Made by a program: the position numbers and the translations under genes. Positions 39,451-49,588 of a DNA stretch of 64,000 bases are shown in pieces; position 1 is the first letter of the stretch, and every line of letters starts with the position of its first letter. Source of the stretch: Waterburya sp. (GTDB lineage: Bacteria > Cyanobacteriota > Cyanobacteriia > Cyanobacteriales > Xenococcaceae); NCBI GenBank assembly GCA_965217895.1, contig CBDCJV010000002.1:2464001-2528000 (forward strand), given 5' to 3'. The notes beneath the pieces are model-generated. The model made no database searches, was not told where the DNA came from, and was given only the letters and a program-made list of their open reading frames with translations.

Positions 39451-41262
39451 CTATCTGCTACTTGTGAACCGTTCTTCTCCTCCTAAACCAAAAGCCTCGT
39501 GAACTGCATTTAAAGCTTTGATTCCTTCAGATTCGGCAATCACACAGCTAATTTTAATCTCAGAGGTAGTAATCATTTGAATATTGATTTTTTCATGAGC
39601 TAAAGCAGCAAAAAATTTAGCTGCTACCCCTGGATGCCCGATCATTCCTGCACCAACTACGCTTAATTTGGCGATCGCTGTATCCCCTGTAACGGTGCCA
39701 CAGCCAATTTGTTGATTTAGTTCGCTAATTAGCTTACAGGCTTGCTCTGCATCTGCTTGCTCGACGGTAAAAGCAATGTCGCGAGTCGGCACATCATTTA
39801 CAATATGACAACGCTGAGATTGAATAATAGCGTCAACGCTAATATTCTTTTTCGCCAGGAGGGAAAATATTTGCGCTGCCATCCCTGGAGTGTCTGGGAC
39901 GTGGCGGATGCCAATTTGAGCCTGTTTGGTGTCTAGAGCCACTCCCCTTACGGGGGGATGTTTTCCTGGATACTTATTAACAGCTATTTCTTTTTGAGAG
40001 CTTAGATCGATGTCAAAAGCCTGAGAAAGCAAGTGTAAAGCGCGATCGCATTCTGATTCATCAATGACGCAGCTAACTTTAACTTCAGAAGTGGAAATCA
40101 TCTGAATATTAATCTTGGCATCAGCTAGAGTCTTAAACATCTTCGCCGCAATACCAGGACGACCAATCATCCCCGCACCAGAAATAGCAACTTTAGCAAT
40201 TTTGCGGTCAACCATCACTTCCGCTTCTGTAGTGGCAGCGGGATGAGTACGCAAAGAAGGAGCGATCGCTTCTGCTACTGCTTCTGCCTGTTGCAGTACT
40301 CGATTAACGACGGTAAAGGCAATGTCGTTACTGTTCCCCTCATGAATTGACTGAATAATTAAATCTACGTCAATATTACGCTGGGATATTTCCCCAAACA
40401 GACTAGCTGCCACACCAGGAAAATCTGGTACTCTTAATAAGGCAATTTTTGCCTGATCTCGGTCTACTTCTACACCGTCAACCGCCTTGGCAATTTCCAT
40501 TCCCTGTAAAGAACGAGGTTGAGGTAAACGGGATACTACTTTTGTTCCAGGGCGATCGCTCCAGCTAGATAAAACTATTAGAGGCATTCCATAATTACGA
40601 GCAATTTCCACGGCGCGGGGATGTAATACTTTTGCTCCTAAACTAGCTAACTCTAACATCTCATCAGCAGTAATTTCTGACATCAGTTGTGCAGAGGGAA
40701 CAAGCCGAGGATCGGTAGTCAAAATTCCAGGTACGTCGGTATATATTTCGCAACGATCTGCTTTGAGTGAAGCTGCTAAAGCCACGGCTGAAGTATCTGA
40801 GCCACCTCTACCTAAAGTCGTAATTTCAAAATCTTTGATGCTGCTAACTCCCTGAAAACCCGCAACTACAACCACTTCTCCTTTATCAAGGTGTCTCTGT
40901 AGGCGATCTGTAGATACCTGCAAAATTCTGGCACGATTATGTTCAGCTTCGGTGACAATTCCTACCTGCGCTCCTGTCAAGGAAATAGCTGGCTGTCCCA
41001 ATTCCTGTAACGCCATACTCAAAAGAGCAATAGTAACCTGTTCTCCTGTAGATAAGAGCATATCCATTTCCCGACGGGAAGGATTATTTGATACACCCTT
41101 AGCAAGCTTGACCAAAGTATCTGTGGTTTTTCCCATCGCCGAAACCACAACTACTAAGCTGTTTCCTTGCTTTACGGTTTTTTGCACCCTATTGGCAACA
41201 GCTTGGATGCGCTCTATTGAACCAACAGATGTTCCGCCGTATTTCTGAACAACTAAAGCCAT
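39451..41262 (-). CDS. lysC: Aspartate kinase (cyanobacterial type, four ACT domains)
   Basis: [28 protein letters not shown], duplicated ACT pairs (STSEVKVS / TTSEIKIS). Confidence 0.97.
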   Translation of the reverse strand: MALVVQKYGGTSVGSIERIQAVANRVQKTVKQGNSLVVVVSAMGKTTDTLVKLAKGVSNNPSRREMDMLLSTGEQVTIALLSMALQELGQPAISLTGAQVGIVTEAEHNRARILQVSTDRLQRHLDKGEVVVVAGFQGVSSIKDFEITTLGRGGSDTSAVALAASLKADRCEIYTDVPGILTTDPRLVPSAQLMSEITADEMLELASLGAKVLHPRAVEIARNYGMPLIVLSSWSDRPGTKVVSRLPQPRSLQGMEIAKAVDGVEVDRDQAKIALLRVPDFPGVAASLFGEISQRNIDVDLIIQSIHEGNSNDIAFTVVNRVLQQAEAVAEAIAPSLRTHPAATTEAEVMVDRKIAKVAISGAGMIGRPGIAAKMFKTLADAKINIQMISTSEVKVSCVIDESECDRALHLLSQAFDIDLSSQKEIAVNKYPGKHPPVRGVALDTKQAQIGIRHVPDTPGMAAQIFSLLAKKNISVDAIIQSQRCHIVNDVPTRDIAFTVEQADAEQACKLISELNQQIGCGTVTGDTAIAKLSVVGAGMIGHPGVAAKFFAALAHEKINIQMITTSEIKISCVIAESEGIKALNAVHEAFGLGGEERFTSSR

Positions 41263-41384
41263 AATCTTTTCTTTCTATCCCACAGGAAGCATCGCTTATA
41301 TTATCAGTTATTTGTCATAAGTTACCATGTATTAATCAGAATTGGGTGTTTGAGCAATAGCGATCGCATCACCTAAAATCTACT

Positions 41385-41538
41385 TAACTGATGTTACGCA
41401 TTTATCGATCTGTGAAGACTGGGTAGTGGGGTAATTGGGGTAGTGGGGTGTTTGGGGTAGTTTGGCTTCACTATCTCCACCACTCCTCTATACTGCTTAC
41501 TCACTACTCCATGACTGCATGCTGCGTAACATCAGTTA
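41385..41538. mobile_element. MITE with perfect 16-bp TIRs (including flanking TA) and a G-rich interior
   Basis: TAACTGATGTTACGCA (41385-41400) / TGCGTAACATCAGTTA (41523-41538). Confidence 0.85.
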
Positions 41539-42897
41539 CTTAACTTTAGTGGCTTTATTCGCGCCTCTTTCCAATTCACGCATCTTTTTACCACGCCAAA
41601 TAAGTCTGACTGGCGTACCCGTAAAGCCTAGCTGATCGCGAAATTGGCGATCGATATAACGACGATAGTTATCGTTAAAACGCTTAGGCTCGTTGACAAA
41701 TAGAGCAATTGTGGGCGGTTGTGCGCTTACCTGTGTGCCGTAATAGATTCTGCCCTGTTTTCCCTGACGAGTAGTTGGGGGCGAGTGCCAGCTAACGGCT
41801 TCTTCTAAGACTTCGTTAATTACAGAGGTGCTAACGCGACGACGATGTGCCTCGGCTGCCGTATCTACTAGATCGAGTATTTTATTGACTCGTTGACCAG
41901 TCATGGCACTAACAAAAATTGTTTGCGCCCACTCCATAAAGTAGAGACGAGCCATTATTTCTTTTTTATATTCGTTGATTGTGCCAGTGTCTTTTTCAAC
42001 CGCATCCCATTTATTGATGACTAAGATAACTGCTCTACCTTCATCAATAATGCGTCCTGCCAATTTGAGATCTTGTTCGGTAACGCCATCGAGAACATCA
42101 ATTACGAATAGCACCACATCTGAGCGACGAATAGCTTTAAAAGCACGGTTAATGCCAAAGAATTCTGCACCATAGTCAACGTTCTTTTTGCGTCTAATAC
42201 CTGCCGTATCAATCAAACGATAGGTTTGTTCTCCCCGTTGGACAATCATATCGATCGCATCACGAGTTGTGCCAGACACAGGACTAACAATCGAGCGTTG
42301 TTCTCCTGTTAAAGCATTTAGCAAACTTGATTTACCCACATTCGGGCGACCAATTATAGCTACTTTGATCTCGTTATCTTCTATTAATTCATCTGGTGGA
42401 GGTAAATGAGTCACCAGTTCATCTAATAATTCTCCTGTCCCGCTACCGTGTATGGCGGAGATGGCATAAGGTTCACCCAAGCCTAATTCCCAGAACTCGG
42501 CAGCTTGAGCCAAACCCTGCTCAACCGACTCACATTTATTAACCGCCAATAAAACGGGAACAGATTGACGACGTAACCATTCAGCAATTTCGCGATCGCC
42601 AGCCGTTAAGCCCAATTGACCATCGACGACAAAAATTGCAGCAGAAGCATCTACCAAGGCAGCCATAGCCTGCTGGCGAATCATGGGTAAAAATTCAGTA
42701 TCATCATCAAAGACAAGTCCGCCTGTATCGACAATTTGGAAGTCTCGGTCTAGCCAAAATGCGGGACGGTAAGTGCGATCGCGGGTGATGCCTGGTTCAT
42801 CATGAACGATCGCCTGTTGATCTCCAGCCAAACGATTAACGAAGGTAGATTTCCCAACGTTGGGTCTACCAATAACAGCTACAATAGGTAATTTCAT
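41536..42897 (-). CDS. der: Ribosome biogenesis GTPase Der/EngA
   Basis: Two G-domains (GRPNVGKS twice, DTGG/DTAG, NKCE/NKWD) plus a KH-like C-terminus. Confidence 0.98.
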   Translation of the reverse strand: MKLPIVAVIGRPNVGKSTFVNRLAGDQQAIVHDEPGITRDRTYRPAFWLDRDFQIVDTGGLVFDDDTEFLPMIRQQAMAALVDASAAIFVVDGQLGLTAGDREIAEWLRRQSVPVLLAVNKCESVEQGLAQAAEFWELGLGEPYAISAIHGSGTGELLDELVTHLPPPDELIEDNEIKVAIIGRPNVGKSSLLNALTGEQRSIVSPVSGTTRDAIDMIVQRGEQTYRLIDTAGIRRKKNVDYGAEFFGINRAFKAIRRSDVVLFVIDVLDGVTEQDLKLAGRIIDEGRAVILVINKWDAVEKDTGTINEYKKEIMARLYFMEWAQTIFVSAMTGQRVNKILDLVDTAAEAHRRRVSTSVINEVLEEAVSWHSPPTTRQGKQGRIYYGTQVSAQPPTIALFVNEPKRFNDNYRRYIDRQFRDQLGFTGTPVRLIWRGKKMRELERGANKATKVK

Positions 42898-43069
42898 ATT
42901 CTGTTGAGACGCTACACATTACGCCTGTAAATTTAATTGAGAATGAAGCGATTATTTTGCTTTTACACAAGTTAATACCAATTTAATCATAGTTCATTTA
43001 GGCTTTGGCCAAATGTGTAATTCTTAATAATGATTTTGTTAATTTACTTCCAAGTAAACAATGTATTTT

Positions 43070-43372
43070 TTATCTTAGAAACCCACCTTCACTAGCTATA
43101 GTTTGACCTGTAATCCATTTTGCATAATCACTGTGGAGAAATAGATCGCTTGGGGCGATCGCTTTTAAATTGTGTTTTTTGGCTAATTCTGTATAAAAGC
43201 TTGTTGAAGCGTCTGAATATTTCCTGTCAACATCATACTGAGAATTTCCGTGAGTCACAACGTTAGCACCCGCTTGTACGCATATTTTAGCGATCGCTGC
43301 ACCGATACCAGATGCTCTACTGACACCTGTTACGAGTATGTTTTGATTTTTTAAAGATAAACTATCCTCCAT
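43070..43372 (-). pseudogene. SDR oxidoreductase with a large in-frame internal deletion
   Basis: N-terminal LVTGVSRASGIGAAIA and C-terminal FLHSDYAKWITGQTIASEGG in only 100 aa; no NNAG or YxxxK. Confidence 0.8.
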
Positions 43373-43594
43373 GTTTTATTTCCTTAAGGTTAGTTAATTT
43401 ACTAGAGTATTTGACCTATCGCGATCGCATCTTGGAGATAATTAAGTTGGGCAGACAAGAAAAAACGATCCCGATTTAAAGTTACCTATAATCGGGTTTA
43501 ATTGTCTATATTTCTCATTTTCTGTCAATGCGTAAGTCCTATGGGTATACTGCAAGATGGTTATATAGATTGTTGAAAAAATACTGCACAACAG

Positions 43595-44869
43595 ATGAAC
43601 AGTGAAAGCTCTGATTCTACCCTCAATAATAATTTAGAAAAAATAACGGAACCAAAAAACTCTCAAACAGAAATAGATGAACAATCTTTATCTTTGGTAA
43701 CCCCAGAATCAGCAGAACCATCGGTAACGCCAAGACCTCAAATTCCCAAGAAAAACTATGGTCGCAAGATCAGCTTGTCCCAATCCCAGTTAATTGTCAT
43801 TGCTCTTTTGTTAATGGGATTGGGCTTGTGGTTTAGGCTTCCCTGGTTGGGTCTTACCAGTTCTATTGCTGCTTTATTGCTTTGTTTGGGGGTAGTTTTT
43901 AATTCTGTTAGGAGTTGGATCAAAAAGTTTTTAACAACCCAAGAGAGAAGAAGTATCTTAGCGTTTACTGGCTTTATACTGGCGATCGCAGGATTATGCA
44001 ATTATTTAGGTATTTATAGCAACATTGGCAGTTGGCTTACCCAGTTCAAATATGATGAATTTGGCTCTTGGGCAGAGTGGATCGGCGCGTTGGGGCAAAT
44101 TTTAATTGCTATGTTGGCGGTATATGTGGCTTGGGCGCAATATGTAATTTCTAAAGATCTAACTATTCAACAAAACCGTATTACTCAACAACAAACCATC
44201 GATACTTATTTTCAGGGAATTTCCGATCTAACTTTAAATGAAGAAGGTCTACTAGAAGATTGGCCTCAAGAAAGAGCGATCGCCGAAGGGAGAACTGCTT
44301 CGATCCTCTCCAGCATTGATGAAAATGGTAAGTCAAAAGTAATCCGTTTTTTGTCTCAATCACGCTTACTAACTCCTCTTCAAAGAGATAATCGTCTAGG
44401 TAGAGCGATCCTCGATGGTAGTGGAGGATATGCTGAAGATCGTCCCTATGGAACTAGAGTAGTTGACCTTGGTGTCATGTTAGCAGGAGCATATTTAGTG
44501 GAACAAGATTTGCGCTGGACAGATTTGAGTGATGCTAATATGGTTCGAGCCAATCTAAGTCATTGCGACTTGGTAAAAGCTAATCTTGCCCGTACAGTAT
44601 TATACGAGGCTAATCTAGCGGGAGCAGATCTAAAAGGTACTCGCCTATTTTATGGTCTAGTAGAAACTTCTACTCCTCGTAGTATTACCGCCCCGCCAGA
44701 CTATCAAACAGGCAAACATACGGGAGTTGTCGTCGAAAAAGCCAACCTTTCAGGAATCAAGCGACTGAGTGAAGAACAACGCTATTATTTGTGTGCTTGG
44801 TGTGGCGAAAAGTCAAGAGCTACTGTCCCAGGAGGTTGTGAAGGTATTCCTAATAAATTGGGTAGATAA
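43595..44869 (+). CDS. Membrane pentapeptide-repeat protein
   Basis: Several TM helices, then (A/T)(D/N)Lxx repeats (TDLSD ANMVR ANLSH CDLVK ANLAR). Confidence 0.88.
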   Translation: MNSESSDSTLNNNLEKITEPKNSQTEIDEQSLSLVTPESAEPSVTPRPQIPKKNYGRKISLSQSQLIVIALLLMGLGLWFRLPWLGLTSSIAALLLCLGVVFNSVRSWIKKFLTTQERRSILAFTGFILAIAGLCNYLGIYSNIGSWLTQFKYDEFGSWAEWIGALGQILIAMLAVYVAWAQYVISKDLTIQQNRITQQQTIDTYFQGISDLTLNEEGLLEDWPQERAIAEGRTASILSSIDENGKSKVIRFLSQSRLLTPLQRDNRLGRAILDGSGGYAEDRPYGTRVVDLGVMLAGAYLVEQDLRWTDLSDANMVRANLSHCDLVKANLARTVLYEANLAGADLKGTRLFYGLVETSTPRSITAPPDYQTGKHTGVVVEKANLSGIKRLSEEQRYYLCAWCGEKSRATVPGGCEGIPNKLGR

Positions 44870-45156
44870 AAAAACTGTAGCTAGAGTAAATTTAAAACAA
44901 GCTAAACTTTTGTTATGGGTGCAGATAATAATAGCATCGAGCCTAGATATAGGATGACCATCATCTAAAGCGATCGCTCTAATCTTATCAGCTTCAATAT
45001 AAATAAAAGTAAGGTGGGTGAGAATATCATAAATTTCTGCCTGTAGAGTTAATAAAGCCTCACTCAAAGCTCTGGCGATGGCAATTGTTATGAGATTTAG
45101 CAAATATTAGCAGCCATTGCCAAAAAACATGATTAGGTTAAGGGGTAGAGGTAGTC

Positions 45157-46230
45157 CTAGGTTCTGAGAGGAAAGTCTGCAAAGATTTTATTCCAAGCAG
45201 CGTCGCATCCTTGCATCGCCGATGTTCTAGGAGCAAAGTAAGGAAAATATCCGTTAATTAAATATGGATTTTTCCACTGAGGCTCGGCAAACTTTTCTAA
45301 CTGAAGACATAGAATTTGGAAATTATGATTTTCATAATTATTGTGGAAAAGTTCACATAATTTAGAAACCATATTTTCAGTTAAATATTTTTGATCGGAA
45401 TCATTTTTCAAAATGAACAGAATTCTTCTTTCTGACTGCATCATTTGATTCCACTTTCCTATTAGATAGTTTATTTTATTGGTTTCGCTTTGAAATACTT
45501 TTTCAAAATCATAGGTTGACGAAAACTCTTGATTACCTTTTTGATCTATTTTTGAACTGAGTTGAGAATGAAAAGCAATTCCATACTTGTTATTGACAAC
45601 CATGCTTTTACAGTTAGGACGTGGAAAAATATATTTACGCTCAAATACATCTTTAAAATTATTATTAATAATTTTGAATGTAGTATTAAATTTTGAAGAA
45701 GTGAATCTAAAAAAACTACTTTCTTTATAGCCTATTCTCACAAATTGAATACCAGCTTCACAGTTGTCACCCAAAGAAACATAAGCATCAAAAGATTTTT
45801 CTTTTTCGGTATTTGTAAGCTGATTTAAACTAAACTTTTTGTGTAGAGCTTCAAATTCTTGATGTACTTTGGTCGATAAATTAGGATTGATTTCAAAAGC
45901 CTTTTGATAGGAAGCGATCGCACTATAAATTTTATTCTTTTTTTTTAATACTCTTGCCAGCTTGATATAGAAGGATGATTTTTTTGGTTTGATGCGAGTC
46001 AAACGCTGATAGTATTTGATAACTTGAGTCCATTTTTTTTGAGATTTATAGTACTCTGCTAATGCAATCAATGGTTCTACATAATCAGCCTTAATAGCGA
46101 TCGCTCTTTTATAGCTTTGAATAGATAATTCTAAATTGCCCTGTTGCTGTAATTTGACACCCTGTTCAAATTCAAGTTTAGCCTTTTGAGCAATTTGTAT
46201 GGGAGTGATTTCATCTAATAGCTTTGTCAT
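45157..46230 (-). CDS. TPR + putative papain-like (DUF1796-like) domain protein
   Basis: Three N-terminal TPRs; SLGDNCEAG and a later FH resemble the DUF1796 Cys/His motifs. Confidence 0.6.
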   Translation of the reverse strand: MTKLLDEITPIQIAQKAKLEFEQGVKLQQQGNLELSIQSYKRAIAIKADYVEPLIALAEYYKSQKKWTQVIKYYQRLTRIKPKKSSFYIKLARVLKKKNKIYSAIASYQKAFEINPNLSTKVHQEFEALHKKFSLNQLTNTEKEKSFDAYVSLGDNCEAGIQFVRIGYKESSFFRFTSSKFNTTFKIINNNFKDVFERKYIFPRPNCKSMVVNNKYGIAFHSQLSSKIDQKGNQEFSSTYDFEKVFQSETNKINYLIGKWNQMMQSERRILFILKNDSDQKYLTENMVSKLCELFHNNYENHNFQILCLQLEKFAEPQWKNPYLINGYFPYFAPRTSAMQGCDAAWNKIFADFPLRT

Positions 46231-46306
46231 TTTTTGCCAAATGTTTAATAGTTAGTAGTTTTTAAAAAGCATAAGTCTAGCTTATTTTCTTTATTTTAAA
46301 AAAGCT

Positions 46307-47362
46307 TTACAGGTTAGAATTCATCATTAGACTCTCTCTCGCTATCCTGATTTTTTTCTTCAATGAGACTTTATTAGGACGACCATGACCTTCTACGCCA
46401 TAATAGCTGTCAAAAACAGACTGATTCTCTTGACCTCTAGCAATAAACAATTTTTGATATAGCTGATAAAATTTGTAATTTCTTTGATATAAGGGATCGT
46501 TAACGTTAGCCAATAGATAAATGTTTGGGACATGATTGAGATTCTGCTTGAATCGATGTAGACACGAAACGCGATCGCCAAATTTCTTGACCAAGGTTTG
46601 ACGATTATCTGTTCCTAAGAGAACTTTCATAACCCTAGATAAATTGTGGGTGTAAATTTGAGTATTAACTGATAAAACCTGGACTTTACTATCAAAGTAA
46701 GTACTGCTTAATAAAGCTCCCATGCCACCAGCGGAAGAGCCAAACAAAAGGGTGTTTTCTAGCTTAATTTTTGCACTACTACAAATTGCTTCAATAATAT
46801 TGCTGATTAAGCTAACGAAATTGATACTTTGGGTACCTACATAGAAGCTGGATTTTAATCCTGGAATAAAATGACCAGGATCGCTAATACAAATTACAGA
46901 TTCTGGTTCTGTAAAGGCAGACATAATCCCCTCAAAAGCAATTTTCCCCTGAGATATGCCGTAGTCTTTTTGTTTTAATGAATTGCTGATAACCATTGCA
47001 CTTTGAAAATAAACGTTCAAATTACAAGGATTTTCTTTGATATAGCAAAAAAGATAGAAAAAGGGAATGCCCCTCATTGATTGTTCATGAGGAAAACTAA
47101 TTTTAAAAATAACAGGTTCACCTATAGGTAAGCTCGAACAATTAAAGACACCATCGTGCCAATTATTGAGCTTGATTTCTCTAAATAGACTTGGTATGTA
47201 ACCAAATACCTGGCGGTTTACTTTGCTTGAATTATGATTTAGGGAAGATGATAGAAATTGAGCTATTTCAGGGTAGGCTGATTTGCCTTGAAGAGTGTTA
47301 AGCTTTTCTAGCAAATATTGCTGTACATTATCTTGCTTGTTAAGGTTATTAATTAAGAGCAT
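46307..47362 (-). CDS. Alpha/beta-hydrolase-fold protein
   Basis: ISDP, nucleophile elbow FGSSAGG, candidate Asp (NVND) and His (EGHG). Confidence 0.65.
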   Translation of the reverse strand: MLLINNLNKQDNVQQYLLEKLNTLQGKSAYPEIAQFLSSSLNHNSSKVNRQVFGYIPSLFREIKLNNWHDGVFNCSSLPIGEPVIFKISFPHEQSMRGIPFFYLFCYIKENPCNLNVYFQSAMVISNSLKQKDYGISQGKIAFEGIMSAFTEPESVICISDPGHFIPGLKSSFYVGTQSINFVSLISNIIEAICSSAKIKLENTLLFGSSAGGMGALLSSTYFDSKVQVLSVNTQIYTHNLSRVMKVLLGTDNRQTLVKKFGDRVSCLHRFKQNLNHVPNIYLLANVNDPLYQRNYKFYQLYQKLFIARGQENQSVFDSYYGVEGHGRPNKVSLKKKIRIARESLMMNSNL

Positions 47363-47440
47363 AAATTATTCTAGCTAGGCTTTACTTAAAATAATAAAAC
47401 ATACAACTGTTGCCTATCAATAAAATGAGACTTAGACAAA

Positions 47441-48214
47441 TTAATTAAATTTCTTTAATAGATTATCTTTAAGTATATAATTAGCATTTTTTTTAATGTA
47501 ATCTATTTGTTGAGCGTTCAGACTGGTTGAAGAATTCAAAGAATAACCTTGTTTGCTGAGCCAATCTTTTTTCATCTCATCAAAATAAATTTTAATACTA
47601 GATTCAATCTCAACCTCAAGGAAATCTAAGATTCTATTTAAGTATTCCAAATCATAGCTAAAAAGCTTCTCATATTCGCATATAAACAAATTTGAATTTG
47701 GGTTTTGCTTTTGATACTTCCAGGTTTCAACTAAAGATTCATTCCAGTGATCTACTGCTTTTTTAAAATCAGCTTGTTCTGACCAAGTATCATTGGGATC
47801 GGCAGCTCTGGCATTGTAAGATTTAGCGATACTAGTAATATCTCTGACTATGAAAATCCATTTTACCTGAGTTAAATTTTGATTAATCCGATTGTAAAAA
47901 CGATAATAATGAGGATACTTGTCACCTAAGTACTTTACTTTAGATTGATATTTGTCTCTTAGTCGATTATAAAAATATTTCCACTGAATATTAGTTTGAT
48001 TGTTTTTTAAATCAAAGAAAAAATCTGATGTAAATGAATCTTGATTAATCCGATTTATGTTTTTTCTATTTGCATAATATTTATATCTTTCCATCCCGAT
48101 CGCAAATGAATGATGAGAATTTAGTAATTCTACTAAAGCAGTGGTGCCAGAACGAGGACAGCCACAAACAAACAGATAATTTTGATTCATCCTATTTTTT
48201 TCTTCAATAACCAT
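47441..48214 (-). CDS. Sulfotransferase-family protein
   Basis: 5'-PSB-like GCPRSGTT, GDKYP, 3'-PB-like IVRD...S, YE.L. Confidence 0.8.
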   Translation of the reverse strand: MVIEEKNRMNQNYLFVCGCPRSGTTALVELLNSHHSFAIGMERYKYYANRKNINRINQDSFTSDFFFDLKNNQTNIQWKYFYNRLRDKYQSKVKYLGDKYPHYYRFYNRINQNLTQVKWIFIVRDITSIAKSYNARAADPNDTWSEQADFKKAVDHWNESLVETWKYQKQNPNSNLFICEYEKLFSYDLEYLNRILDFLEVEIESSIKIYFDEMKKDWLSKQGYSLNSSTSLNAQQIDYIKKNANYILKDNLLKKFN

Positions 48215-48327
48215 AATATATTATGTATACGATAAAGGACTTTGCTATAGCTAATAGCTAACGGCTACAAGCTTTTGGATCAAAAAATTTGCAAATGACA
48301 TTATCTACATTTTTTTTCCTAAGTTTT

Positions 48328-48356
48328 GTACCATTGGAATTTCATCCCAATGGTAC
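48328..48356. repeat. GTAC-bounded palindrome (REP-like or terminator)
   Basis: GTACCATTGG-N9-CCAATGGTAC. Confidence 0.6.
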
Positions 48357-48439
48357 TGAGACAAAAATTCAGAACTCTCTAAAATAGTTTTAGCCAAGGC
48401 ATGACTTTGACAATTCCCAAATATTACTAAGTTTTTCAT

Positions 48440-49537
48440 TTATTTTTTATTTGACTCAAGATTTTGCAACATTTTTAAAGCATTTTCACAGGTTGGATCT
48501 ACTTTTAAACATTCTTGAAGATGATCTACAGAGCGAGTAAAATCTTGCTTAGCTTCGTAAATTTTGGCAAGCTTAAAATGGCTCGCGAGAAAAGAACTAT
48601 TGATTGCCAAAGATTTTAGTAATAACTTTTCTGCTTCTTCTGGTTGATTTTCGCTTAAAACTCTTCTGGCTCTATCAAATAGTACACCTTCTTCTTTAGT
48701 GTTAATTTCGCCATGATGATATAGAGGAACTAGATTTTTGTTTCTATATTCATTGATAATTTTGGTGGTATAATCGTATGTTATTTCAGCAGATAATGCA
48801 GCGGAGTCTTCTTCATGGTTAGAGATACAATCATGATCGAATGTATATCCAAACATACTATGAAAACTTTCAAATATTGTCGAACTAGTTTTTAGTTCAT
48901 TTTTTAAAAACCAAGCTTTATAATTATCAAAACTTTTACTTCTCTCGGTTCTTCTGAATTGTTTAGAAACCTTGATCTTGTTAGATATTTCGCGATTTAA
49001 AAAATCACTTAAGCTATCTAAATTGTTTTGAATAAAATCTTCGTATTTGAGTACCAAGAAATCTTGGGCGTAAGAGCTTTGATAAAAATCTTGAACGTTT
49101 TTTGACTGTTCTTCAACGGCTTTAATTAGAGAACCTCGACCACTAACATCGATATCGCTATAGCATTTATCAATATCGAATATTCCAACCGAATCAGGTT
49201 GTTCTACTTTTTTCTTGAGAAGATTTATATATGTTTGAGTATTGCGGTCATCAGAAAAACCGTCCCCATTATAAGGCATATATAATAAATAGCTGATAAT
49301 TCTATCTAAAGGATTTCTAACCAGCAGAATGCTTTTGTCAAATTTCTCAAAACAATCTCGATCTTTCTTCCAGCGATTAGCAAATATTGATTTAACAATT
49401 AAATTTTCGCGATTATAATCAACGGCACTTAACTGACTAGGTTCTAAAACCAATTCATAATTATCAAAAGCTTTATTAATTGAGTAGGCTAGTGCGGTTG
49501 TTCCGCTTTTTCCCAAGGAATAAATTAGGATTTTCAT
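48440..49537 (-). CDS. Sulfotransferase-fold protein with C-terminal TPRs (paralog of 60578-61684)
   Basis: SLGKSGTT, RNPLDRIISY, KYEDF; two TPRs at the C-terminus. Confidence 0.7.
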   Translation of the reverse strand: MKILIYSLGKSGTTALAYSINKAFDNYELVLEPSQLSAVDYNRENLIVKSIFANRWKKDRDCFEKFDKSILLVRNPLDRIISYLLYMPYNGDGFSDDRNTQTYINLLKKKVEQPDSVGIFDIDKCYSDIDVSGRGSLIKAVEEQSKNVQDFYQSSYAQDFLVLKYEDFIQNNLDSLSDFLNREISNKIKVSKQFRRTERSKSFDNYKAWFLKNELKTSSTIFESFHSMFGYTFDHDCISNHEEDSAALSAEITYDYTTKIINEYRNKNLVPLYHHGEINTKEEGVLFDRARRVLSENQPEEAEKLLLKSLAINSSFLASHFKLAKIYEAKQDFTRSVDHLQECLKVDPTCENALKMLQNLESNKK

Positions 49538-49588
49538 AGTCGATTTCTTTGTATAGGATAGATGTTTGAACTCTGAGATGGCTTCTAT

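Noticed and set aside
44813..45103. 96-aa minus-strand ORF after the glycan operon
   Set aside because: TTG start, overlaps the pentapeptide gene end, no recognisable motif.
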